DNA from: Dimorphilus gyrociliatus
Taxonomy: Eukaryota; Animalia; Annelida
Length of the DNA stretch: 45,940 nucleotides
NCBI GenBank assembly: GCA_904063045.1
Contig: CAJFCJ010000154.1
Span: 1-45,940 of the forward strand
Direction: 5' to 3'
Each line of letters opens with the position of its first letter. Position 1 is the stretch's first letter. The notes below the pieces were generated by a model. That model was not told where the DNA came from, ran no database searches, and was given only the letters and a program-made list of their open reading frames with translations. Shown one piece after another: positions 10,691-20,678 of the stretch. A program made the translations under genes and the position numbers.

Positions 10691-12457
10691 TGTTGGGAAA
10701 AATTAAGTACATAAAAAAAATTAGGTACATAAAAAAATCCTATTAAATTACCATAAAATTGTTTTTTTTTAATTATTTTAACCCCTATTTTGTTCATTTT
10801 GGTAAGGATAAATTAGGTACATGGTAAATTGGTAGGGTTTTTTCTATCCCCCCATAAAAATTAAATAGAGTTTTTTACCATAAATTTTTTTTTTGTCTCC
10901 ATCGAAAAAATTAGGTACATAAAAAATTTTTGAGGGTAATTTAATAACATTTTTGAAAAAAATTGGATAAAACTATTTTATTCGATAAATTCTGTATCAC
11001 CCATGGCCATGATTCCAGTTATTTCGAATATAAATGAGAAAAATGAGATAATATCATACGTTGTTGATAAAGTTATACCACGCGAGCTTAAAGGCGAACG
11101 TAAAAGACAGTTTATCAAGAAATCAGCAAGGTTTTTTTATAGTAACTCAACACTTTATGTTGAGCAAAATCGAGTCAGAAAGAGATATATCTGTGATTTT
11201 GAGCATGAAGAGAAAAAGAATATAATCAAGGAGGCTCATTTACCAAGTCATCTCTGTGCTAATAAGATGAAGGGAATCATTGACAATCTTTATATAAATA
11301 TAAAAGTAAACGATATTATATCATATATTACTTCATGTGAGGGCTGTCAAAGAGAAAATACAATCAATATCACAAGACCTATAACACCTATTCTTATATA
11401 TAATATACATGAACGTTTACAGGCCGACATTATAGATCTGAGTACATATTCTGAATTTAATGATAATTATAGATATGTTTTAAACTTAATAGACTGTTTT
11501 TCGAAGTTTGCATTCAGTTTTAAGTTATATGATAAAAGCTCAGAATCTGTAGCAGAAATTTTAAGAAGTTTATTTTATTCAGAAGGCCCGTGGAAAACTC
11601 TCCATACAGATAACGGGAGAGAATTTATTAACCAAAGAATCAGAAACATATGTAGTATGTTTAATATTGAGCATGTAACTGGCCGGCCTCGACATCCACA
11701 ATCACAGGGAGTTGTCGAAAGATTTAATAGAACACTAAAAAGCAGGATGAGAAAGGCTTTAGGAGGTGAAGTAAACTGGATTAGGGTTCATGAGGATGTA
11801 GTATATCAGTACAACAATAGTAAGCATAGTGCTACAGGTTTTAAGCCCTTTGTGTTATTCCGTAATGTAGATCCCAATAATTATAATAATAACGTCATTC
11901 TCTCACTTCAGGAAGCAAGAAATAATTATATAAAATATGTAAGTAGTTATATTAATGAATACAATGCAAGAGCAAACGATAGCAACCAAGTAGTAGTGGG
12001 GAGAAAATACTTATTAGCCAAAGACTTCGATAATAATGTCAATACTAGAAGATATCCATTGACATCATTATATTATGATGAAATATACACTGTTATATCA
12101 ATTCATAATGATAATAGAATAACAATAAAGGATGAGAATAATAATATGAAAGTTGCAACTAGATATGTTTTAAAACAATTTATCGAATAAAATAGTTTTA
12201 TCCAATTTTTTTCAAAAATGTTATTAAATTCCCTCAAAAATTTTTTATGTACCTAATTTTTTCGATGGAGACAAAAAAAAATTTATGGTAAAAAACTCTA
12301 TTTAATTTTTATGGGGGGATAGAAAAAACCCTACCAATTTACCATGTACCTAATTTATCCTTACCAAAATGAACAAAATAGGGGTTAAAATAATTAAAAA
12401 AAAACAATTTTATGGTAATTTAATAGGATTTTTTTATGTACTTAATTTATCCTAACA
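10691..12457 (+). mobile_element. Ginger-like (retroviral-integrase-type) DNA transposon A, apparently intact
   Basis: TGTT...AACA termini. Near-identical TIRs at 10691-10991 and 12177-12457. Single integrase ORF; no LTR, gag or RT. Confidence 0.9.
11003..12190 (+). CDS. Integrase-type DDE transposase (H2C2 zinc domain, rve core D-D35-E, SH3/GPY-F-like tail), 395 aa
   Basis: HLPSH...CEGC, ADIIDL, TDNGREF, PQSQGVVERFNRTLK; the counted D-E spacing is 35. Confidence 0.92.
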   Translation: MAMIPVISNINEKNEIISYVVDKVIPRELKGERKRQFIKKSARFFYSNSTLYVEQNRVRKRYICDFEHEEKKNIIKEAHLPSHLCANKMKGIIDNLYINIKVNDIISYITSCEGCQRENTINITRPITPILIYNIHERLQADIIDLSTYSEFNDNYRYVLNLIDCFSKFAFSFKLYDKSSESVAEILRSLFYSEGPWKTLHTDNGREFINQRIRNICSMFNIEHVTGRPRHPQSQGVVERFNRTLKSRMRKALGGEVNWIRVHEDVVYQYNNSKHSATGFKPFVLFRNVDPNNYNNNVILSLQEARNNYIKYVSSYINEYNARANDSNQVVVGRKYLLAKDFDNNVNTRRYPLTSLYYDEIYTVISIHNDNRITIKDENNNMKVATRYVLKQFIE

Positions 12458-12554
12458 NNNNNNNNNNNNNNNNNNNNNNNNNNNNNNNNNNNNNNNNNNN
12501 NNNNNNNNNNNNNNNNNNNNNNNNNNNNNNNNNNNNNNNNNNNNNNNNNNNNNN
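12458..12554. other. Scaffold gap (97 N)
   Basis: N run directly after the right end of element A, hiding its right flank. Confidence 1.
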
Positions 12555-12731
12555 AAAAGACGGGGATTTATCTAAATGCATGTTTTTTATATAAATAAAA
12601 TCCTATAAACTAGTGATGAGTGATTTATTCACCATATTATGCGAATTAATTATAAATTTAAGCTTTTCTATGGCTACTTTTTTGGTATGTTTTTTTAAAG
12701 TAAAATTTATAACATATAAGTAAAGTTTTAT

Positions 12732-13708
12732 GGCTGGAGTACCAATCTGTTCTACCCATTGGTGTGTGTCAAAAAAAAAAATTTAACCCTTGTAAAATGA
12801 ATAATTTTTTGAATAATGAAACATTAAAAACCTTATTAAAGAGTTTATTGTCCCAAAATTCCCCAAGATATTGTGAATTATGTAATGGTAGTGTATCTAT
12901 TACACTAAAAAACAACCTTAACTTTACATATAAGTGTAAAACACGTTCATGTAGGAAGGAAAATGGTGTATTTAAAAATACTATTTTTTATAGAACAAAT
13001 TACCTGCTGTTTTTTAAAGTAATATGGTTATGGTTGCGTAATTATAACATAGATCAAATCATAGAGATATCAGGTTCAAATAAAAAAACCATACATAAAT
13101 TTATTAAGTTATTTCTACCTAAAATGGAAAAATTTTATCTAAAAGCATTTGGGAAGATTGGAGGTGAAGGTGTTGTAATTGAAGCTGACGAATCTAAATT
13201 TGGGAGAACTAAGTACAATGTAGGTAGGACTGTAGAAGGTGTATGGGTGGTTGGTTTAGTAGAAAAAACGGAGCAAAGAAAAATCATACTAGTTCCAGTA
13301 GTTAAAAGGGACAGTATCACTATGAACACAATATTTGATCCATATGTCAAATCAGGATCTGTTGTAAATACTGATCTTTGGAAAGGATACAGTAACACCA
13401 AAGAAAATTACAAACATTATACTGTCAATCATAAGCAGAACTATAAAGATCCTATAACAGGAGCTCACACAAACACAATTGAGGGGAATTGGAGGACTAT
13501 TAAAACTGAAGTACCTAATCATTGTAGAAAATTCACTGAGATTTTACCATAATTATCAAAGTTTATGATAAAAAGATGGTTTTCAGACAATTATTTCGAG
13601 GTTTTATTAAAATTTTTGATTTGTTAATTGTTTTTTTGTAAAAATAAACAAGGGTTAAATTTTTTTTTTGACACACACCAATGGGTAGAACAGATTGGTA
13701 CTTTAGCC
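12732..13708 (+). mobile_element. Compact Merlin/ISXO2 transposon (977 bp), TIRs of about 61 bp, flanked by a 19/20-bp direct repeat
   Basis: TIRs GGCT(GG/AA)AGTACCAATCTGTTCTACCC...AACCCTTGT at 12732-12793 and 13648-13708. Flanks are CATATAAGTAAAGTTTTAT (12713-12731) and CATATAAGTAAAGTTTTTAT (13709-13728). Confidence 0.92.
12797..13627 (+). pseudogene. Merlin (DDE_Tnp_IS1595) transposase with one premature TAA at 13550
   Basis: CCCTTGTAAA-ATG at 12797; CELC...CKTRSC zinc ribbon; EADESKFG, NTDLWKGY and HTNTIEGNW motifs. The frame continues past 13552 (LSKFMIKRWF...) to TAA at 13625. Confidence 0.85.
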
Positions 13709-14016
13709 CATATAAGTAAAGTTTTTATTACTAAAATGGAAGTTCTACTTTAAGGAATTACGTCATAGTAAATGGCGGTAAAACACAAAAATTTAAAAAA
13801 AAATTAATAATGGAAGTTGTAGTTATATCATAAATTAATTTATTTAAATTTTTGTGTTTTATTATTTAGTGTGATATCTTAAATAAAAATTTTTTAAACT
13901 TTGATAAAAATTTAATATAATTTACATTCTAATAACTATAATTTTTAATTGGATAAAAATATACGTAATTACTTCCCAAAAAGAATCTACTTCTAAAAAT
14001 TTTCAACGACATCCTA

Positions 14017-15842
14017 ATGTGTATTTTATATTTTTTTTTGATTAATTGTACTTTTCTTGTAAGAAAAATAACAACGATTAAGTCTATTGTTCGTGAAAAT
14101 AAATCATCATTTTATCACCTCAGAAGAATCTTTGATATGAACTCGATAGAATCTCTAAAAATATCCAAATGCCGAATAAATACAGGTTTAGGAGGTATTA
14201 AAAGACTAAATAAATTACATACACTATATTTGGACAAAAATAACATAAGCTTGGCCGATTTGAATGAAATATACAAATTAAAAGATTTACAGATTTTAAG
14301 CTTAAGAGATTGCAACCTACACGAAAATTCACTTTTTAAAATACCGAGATTAGCTAAACTAAAAAAACTTTATCTTGATTCAAATATAAGAATTACAAAA
14401 AGAGACATTAAAAGTATTTTAGAGTTAAAAGACTTAACAACTTTAAGTTTCAGAAAATGCGAATTAAGTGACGATATAGCGATCCATAAACTGGATAAAT
14501 TGGAAGTGCTAGATTTATCTTATAACTTATCACTTAATGATGAAAACGTTGATACATTAACTATGTTACAAAATCTTAAGTGTCTTTATTTAAATTACTG
14601 TTCCTTTAACGGATATGTATTTTATTACATACGAAATTTAAAAAAACTTGAGACTTTAAATTTTGATTGTAATAAAACGATGTTAAGTTCTTATCTAAAT
14701 GGAATTAGTGAATTATCTAGCTTAAAGAATCTAAGCATGGCAGGTTCTCGAATATATGGGTTTAATTATCCGTTTATAAAGACAGATAAATTACTAAACC
14801 TAGAGATATTGAACATAAACTATAATTATACAATTGAGCTAGAAAATATTTCTATAATAGCACATTTAAAGAACATTAAAGAATTATACATGAAAAAAAT
14901 AGAATTTATAGTAGAACTTTAAGTAAAATTTATTTACTAAGCAATCTTGAGGTTCTGAACATTTCTAAAAATATATTGTTATGTCCAGAAGTTTTTAGTC
15001 ATTTAGTAAAGACAACAAGTTTGAAAAAACTTGATTTAAGTTACTGTCATATTAAAATTTCAGATATATGGGAAATATTTCAAATAAGAACTTTGGAATC
15101 TCTAAATTTATCATCTAATCACTTTATTTCATCATTAGAGAAGAATTTAGAAGTTAGTAAGCATATGAAGTTCAAAAAATTGTTACTTAGTAGCTGTTTT
15201 TTACCACCTTTGTTTTTTATCAACCTAGACTTAAACAGAAACGTTGAATTTATTGACATTTCAAATAACGTTCTCTTAAAGGATGTTGACTTTGATTTTA
15301 TATTAAATCTAAATAAACTAAAAATGTTAAATATGCGAAACTGTAACTTAAGCGAAGGTATATTAATAAATATAAGAAACCTTAATGATCTTGAAATTTT
15401 GGATATTTCTGAAAATACAAAACTTTGTAGATTAGACTTTGAAGCAATATCGAACCTGAAAAAGCTCAGAATTCTTCATATAGAAAGATGCAACTTTAAA
15501 AACGGAGTATTAAATAATTTACAGTTTCAGAGAACTCTTGAAAAAGCTAATTTATCCTTTAATAATTTAGAATCTATCGATCCATTTTTGAAGTCTATGA
15601 ATATAAAAAGTCTAAATTTAAAAGGTTGTAGTTTAGATATTAATTCTTTATCAAGCCTTTATAAACTTATAAACCTAGAAGAACTGGATCTAAGTAATAA
15701 TATACAATTAAATATTGATGATATTCAAATGTTGGGTAGATTAAAAAAGCTAGAATGTTTGATAGTAAAAAATTGTAGCTTTACAAGAATAGAATTTAAT
15801 GCTATTAGAAGTTTAAACCTAATAAAACTAGTCATCGAATAA
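14017..15842 (+). CDS. Large LRR protein (about 608 aa), frameshifted in A7 at about 14893-14899
   Basis: Adding one A joins ...ELYMKK to NRIYSRTLSKIYLLSNLEVLNISKNILLCPE, and the LRRs continue throughout. The N-terminus is hydrophobic. Confidence 0.85.
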
Positions 15843-16199
15843 AACATTTTATATATAAAGAAGATTGAATAATAATATATTTATATTTGATTGAAGATAA
15901 ACATATGTATAACTGAGTAGATGCTAACACTAATCTTTCTATAAGTTTACTATTAAATGAAATTTTTATATAAATGTTTGGTAAAAAGAACTTTTAGGGG
16001 CTGGCTATATTCGCTTCTCAAATAATATAAAGTGTTTTTAGATACAAAAAGTTTTTGTTAATTTTCATTTTGAGTTAAAATTTTTAAGAAATGACTTCGT
16101 GTTCTTAAAAATAAATAGTATCTGATATAAGACCTTATATTTGGTTTTATATTACCTTCAAGCGTATTTAAATAGTATATGAACGTGATACACGATTTT

Positions 16200-16760
16200 T
16201 TATGTTTTAAGGATGTTTTTTTTTGTTTTTAGGTCTACAAATACTCTTTATATTCAATAGTAAATGACCATATCTAAACAACTGTATTCCATTACAATCT
16301 TCCTATTCATCGCAAATAATATCTGAATACTATTTTACGTTCCTTATGATTTTTTAGGTATTGTTTCTTCATATCATTTTGTGACATTTCGAAAAAAACA
16401 CTTTTTTATGGCTCTACAGAAACTACTTACTGCCTATATCTATTCTATTGGGAACCTTCATCAGTTTTAATAATTCTACCACCTCCCCTACTTTGTTTCT
16501 GAGAAACTGTCACAAAGGCTGTTAGTAATCCTTAAAGTGCTGTTATATAATGTTTCAGTGGTGTGATATTTATTATTAATGTAAATTAGAAGCGATTTAA
16601 TACACCTTTTATATATATTAAAAATTGTGTTTTTAGTGATGATTTTATATTGTCAAATAAGATATGCTACATATATAAACCTTTATTTCGTAGTCTTTAC
16701 TTGCTCTATACAACCAAATAAAACCATCTGGATTATGAAATGGTATTAAAACCAAAATAT
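16200..16760 (-). mobile_element. Possible highly decayed Merlin remnant
   Basis: Fragments DGFIW, GGGRIIKTDE and a possible FVD-like segment occur in collinear order but in broken frames. Confidence 0.3.
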
Positions 16761-17378
16761 TTTCAAAACTTTTAAAATTAAATTTTTTTAATAAGCATAA
16801 GTCTTGAACTCCCAGACAAAGTTGTGCCCAAATTAAATAACATGTTGACCTCTTCTTACCTCTAATACATCATTGGATTCGAATTTTAGGCAAGTATAAG
16901 AGTACTCTAAAAAAAGCACCGTACCAATTAAGTTATTCATTATGATTAAAAGGCTTTGGAGTTAGAAGTTATCACTATGGACGGAATTTCTAACTTTGAC
17001 CTAATTAGAGGTATAATTATGGGCTAATAAATAATCACTTAGACATGTGTTCATTTCTCTAATACTTGAATTATACCTTAAAGTATATTTTCCCCTTTTT
17101 TCATAAGATTTGAACTTATTTGTTCTGCATTAAATTATTTTCTTCCCCTATATTTGTATCCAACGAAATGTTTTCTAAAGTTTTGTGGTTTTTAGAGTTT
17201 GAGTATATATATCGATTCCTGTTTCTTTCAGCTAATATTTATAGTGTTTTGTCACCTTTCCTGCCCATTCGGCTATTAGTTATTTATAAGTAATTTAAAA
17301 TTATCCTAAAAGAATTTTTTTTTAAAAAAATGCTATTTTATTAAATTTTTTAGAAATTGAAAAAATTATTTATTTTTG

Positions 17379-17391
17379 AACCCTTCAAATG
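17379..17391 (+). promoter_or_regulatory. Microsporidian CCC-like start signal (example; recurs window-wide)
   Basis: AT-tract followed by CCCTTCAA-ATG. An analogous CCC lies within about 12 nt of the ATG at 1904, 3535(-), 6504, 10162, 11003, 12797, 17825, 20266(-), 26309(-), 27261, 35432(-), 35547, 37202(-) and 43554(-). Confidence 0.8.
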
Positions 17392-17763
17392 CAACTAATT
17401 TTAAAAACACCAAACAGCACAAAATCACTTACTTTAGATGATAAAACAACTTTCAACCAACTTACTACTGAAGTTAATACTATTTTAAACACAACCAACT
17501 ATTTTCTATCAGCTAATGGGCTTAAATTGACAGAAAATAATTTTAACAGATCAATTAATGAAGTTAGTGTCAATTATAGGTTGAAAGGTGGTGTTTTAAC
17601 AGAAGACGATAAAGCTTTAGCAGCAAAAAGAAATTACATGAAAGTTTGTTACAAATGCAATGCTAGACTTAAACCTACAATGACTGTTTGTAGGAAGAAA
17701 AAATGTGGAAGAAGTATCAAACTTAGATTTAAAAAGAAAATAAGAGAAACTGGTAAGAAGTAA
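17389..17763 (+). CDS. RPL40: 60S ribosomal protein L40 (eL40) fused to a divergent ubiquitin-like domain
   Basis: MQLILKT...YRLKGG cleavage site followed by the zinc-finger tail KVCYKCNARL...CRKKKCGRSIKLRFKKK. Confidence 0.9.
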   Translation: MQLILKTPNSTKSLTLDDKTTFNQLTTEVNTILNTTNYFLSANGLKLTENNFNRSINEVSVNYRLKGGVLTEDDKALAAKRNYMKVCYKCNARLKPTMTVCRKKKCGRSIKLRFKKKIRETGKK

Positions 17764-17824
17764 AAAAAATTAAAATTATTTTTTAAAAAATTTTTATAAA
17801 AAATATTAAAAATCTACCCTTAAA

Positions 17825-18331
17825 ATGCAAGCACAAAATAAAACTTCACACAATTTCTCATACGATATAAAAGATCCTCAGTCAACTGTAAACATGTATT
17901 TTGAGAACGCCAACATCAAATTCAAAAACGCTCGTGAGACTTCTGTTCCTCTAAAGAACAGAACTATCAGTAATGCTTTAACCTACCTTAATGATGTTTC
18001 AAAGTACAAAAGATGTATTCCAATAACTAGATTTGGTAAGAAATGTGGAAGAACAGCACAGGCTAAGGAGTTTGGAACTGATAAAGGAAGATGGCCACAA
18101 GCCTCAGTAAAGTACTTCAAAGAAGTTCTTGAAAAATTAAAACAAGAAGCAGAAAAGAAGGATTTAGATGGAAATAACCTTAAAATAGTCCATATTAATG
18201 TTAATCAGGCACCAAAAGTATGGGGAAGGAAGTTTAGTGCTTTTGGTAGAACTAAATCAATTAGAAGAAAACCTTGTCATATTGAAATAGTTGCTATTAA
18301 AGAAGAATTGATCACTCAAGACGAAAATTAA
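17825..18331 (+). CDS. RPL17: 60S ribosomal protein L17 (uL22)
   Basis: FKNARET, RCIPITRF, GRTAQAKEFG, GRWPQAS and PCHIEI motifs. Confidence 0.97.
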   Translation: MQAQNKTSHNFSYDIKDPQSTVNMYFENANIKFKNARETSVPLKNRTISNALTYLNDVSKYKRCIPITRFGKKCGRTAQAKEFGTDKGRWPQASVKYFKEVLEKLKQEAEKKDLDGNNLKIVHINVNQAPKVWGRKFSAFGRTKSIRRKPCHIEIVAIKEELITQDEN

Positions 18332-18399
18332 AAAAACTGCCTTTTTAATTATTTTGTATAAATTTTTATTTACTTTTTTAATAAATTCAATCGTAATAG

Positions 18400-18506
18400 T
18401 TTTTTATTACAAACTCTTATAGTACTTTCTTTTAGTTTATAGAATTATTTAGATAGAGCAATTTTATAAACTAAAAGAAAGCATTATAAGAGTTTCTAAT
18501 AAAAAA
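18400..18506. repeat. 47-bp inverted repeat with 13-nt loop (long hairpin)
   Basis: Arms 18400-18446 and 18460-18506, 43/47 complementary; 2 of the 4 differences are G-U pairs on the + strand. Confidence 0.9.
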
Positions 18507-19771
18507 AGACCAGATATGAAGTTTTTGTTTTTTCATGAATAAATAAGTAGAATATATAATTATTTTCATTTTTTAAAACACAAAAGACCCCATTTGTTTC
18601 TATATTTTACATAAATGTTTAATTGAGAAAATTTCGAAGGTGTTTACACTGTGAAAAGAAGTTATAAGTTTTTGTCTATTTAACGATACAATCTAGAAAG
18701 CAACTGTCATTATTACATAAGAAGCTATAATAAAATACTATATGTATAATTTTTCCATTATATGACAAATACGGAATTAAAAAGGAAAGATTAAAGTTTT
18801 TCAGTATAAGAAAAGCGTCGAGTAAAGAGGAAACAATAAATGTTGATAACAAAGCATAAGTAAAGATATAAATACGAACAACCCAATTATAATATTCCTT
18901 GTTGGGAGAAAAAAAATGCTATTAAAGTAGGTATTATGATTCAAAATCAGCTAAAGACGGTGTAATAAAAAAAAAGGAATTTAAAAGGTGATAGCAACCC
19001 ACTTAGAACATGTCCATAAGTCAAGAATGTAAAGAATTTTAGATGTAATGGAATAAAATAATGGCAAAGCATCACAGATACTATCTAAAGGAAATAGAAT
19101 TAATTATATTATTAAATCACACATACTAACTTTAATAAACAGGAAGACTCTAGAAAATATCTCAGGGGAAGAAAGGTAAATTAAAACAAGGCAAATAAAT
19201 TCCAATCCTATGAATAGAAGAGTGATATAGATTTTAAAAAAAAGTTTGGGTACTAAAGGGTCTTTTAATGAATAAACAACTAAATGATTACTAACCTATA
19301 ATAAAAAATTTACCTACTTTTGTATATAATTATTTTGGTTTTTGTATTTAATATGATTACACATGGATATTTATAAACCAATTTTATCGTATATATTTTA
19401 CCTTTAGGAAAATATTCAAAAAAAGAAACTTTTTATACTATATCAGAACTACAAATTTGGTTTGTTGTGATAACTAAATTATATTTTTATTTAAATTTTT
19501 ATTAACCTAATCAAATTTTATTTATAATTTATTGCAAGCAATTTAAATTATATTCATTGTAAACTAAAATTTTTATATTATGAATAAGACTAAGAGAATA
19601 TCTTTAATACTATTGTTTTTTCTTATTGTAATAACTAAGTATTATTCATCGCTTGTGATTTATCATTATAGATTCCTATTATATCATTATTTGAAACCTG
19701 GTAAAGAATGTAATTCACTTATAAACAACAACGTTTTAATTATGATTTAGGTTAGATTATATAGTATAGAT

Positions 19772-20266
19772 TTATTGTGCATTCAAATACGCTAATATAA
19801 TACTCATAAGTGCTATAAATTCAATAAAAATAGGTAATAACAGAAAAATTGTTCTAAACTTTTTTTGCTGTGTATAAGTTAGAATGGTACTTTTATAAGT
19901 AACACCTAAGGTATAAGCTGTTAGTCCAATTCCAATACCTCCAATTAAATAACTGCCTAGTAATTTGAAAGCCTTATGAGTAGTATCGATTGGTATTTTG
20001 GATAAGAAAAAGAATAGAATAAAGCTAAAAATTAAAGGACTAAGAATAAATACTAAAGCGGCAACCGCTGTCATTGTTTCTATTTTAATTTCTGCTGCTG
20101 CACAAATTGAAGGTGTTACTTTTTGTATTCCTAAACCAGTCCCAATAAAAACTGTGGCTAACATACCAAATAGACCTAAAAATGAAAATAGCCCAGTGAC
20201 CAAGTCCGAATCTCCGTTTTTTACTAGTTCTCCTACAAATGTTGGTTGTGTGCTTGATTCAGTCAT
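19772..20266 (-). CDS. V-type ATPase proteolipid (c/c') subunit, divergent
   Basis: Four TM helices. TQQKKF...IFIEFIAL aligns with AQQPRLF...IFAEVLGL and keeps the essential Glu. CCC motif upstream of the ATG. Confidence 0.85.
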   Translation of the reverse strand: MTESSTQPTFVGELVKNGDSDLVTGLFSFLGLFGMLATVFIGTGLGIQKVTPSICAAAEIKIETMTAVAALVFILSPLIFSFILFFFLSKIPIDTTHKAFKLLGSYLIGGIGIGLTAYTLGVTYKSTILTYTQQKKFRTIFLLLPIFIEFIALMSIILAYLNAQ

Positions 20267-20678
20267 TTAAAAGGGTAGTCTTATTTCTTTGATTTTATTG
20301 GCCATTTGAAACATTCTGTTTCATATTGAAACAATTATTTATACAAATAAATAAAACATGACACTTTTTTTATTGTAAAATAGTTAAAATTGAAATGTTT
20401 GTACACTTTTTGAGAAGCAATAAATTGGAATTTATTGTTATTTGAATTAACTTAACATTTTAAAATACAAATCATCTAATTATAATCATGAATTGCCGAA
20501 AAAAGAAAATCATTTTATGGAATTGAGCTTGTATCTAAATGATATTTTGATAAATAAAATATATGATTTTAATAAATTGATCACATTTTACCACTAATGG
20601 TGTATATATACTTTATTGTCTATCTATTCTTTTTTTATATAATATTACATAAAATCTGCCTCTGTTGTATGTAATTAA

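Noticed and set aside
18600-19300. Coding-like decayed sequence (also 24540-25080 and 26560-26760)
   Set aside because: Many stops and no motif I can assign; probably old TE or gene relics, but unsupported without a search.
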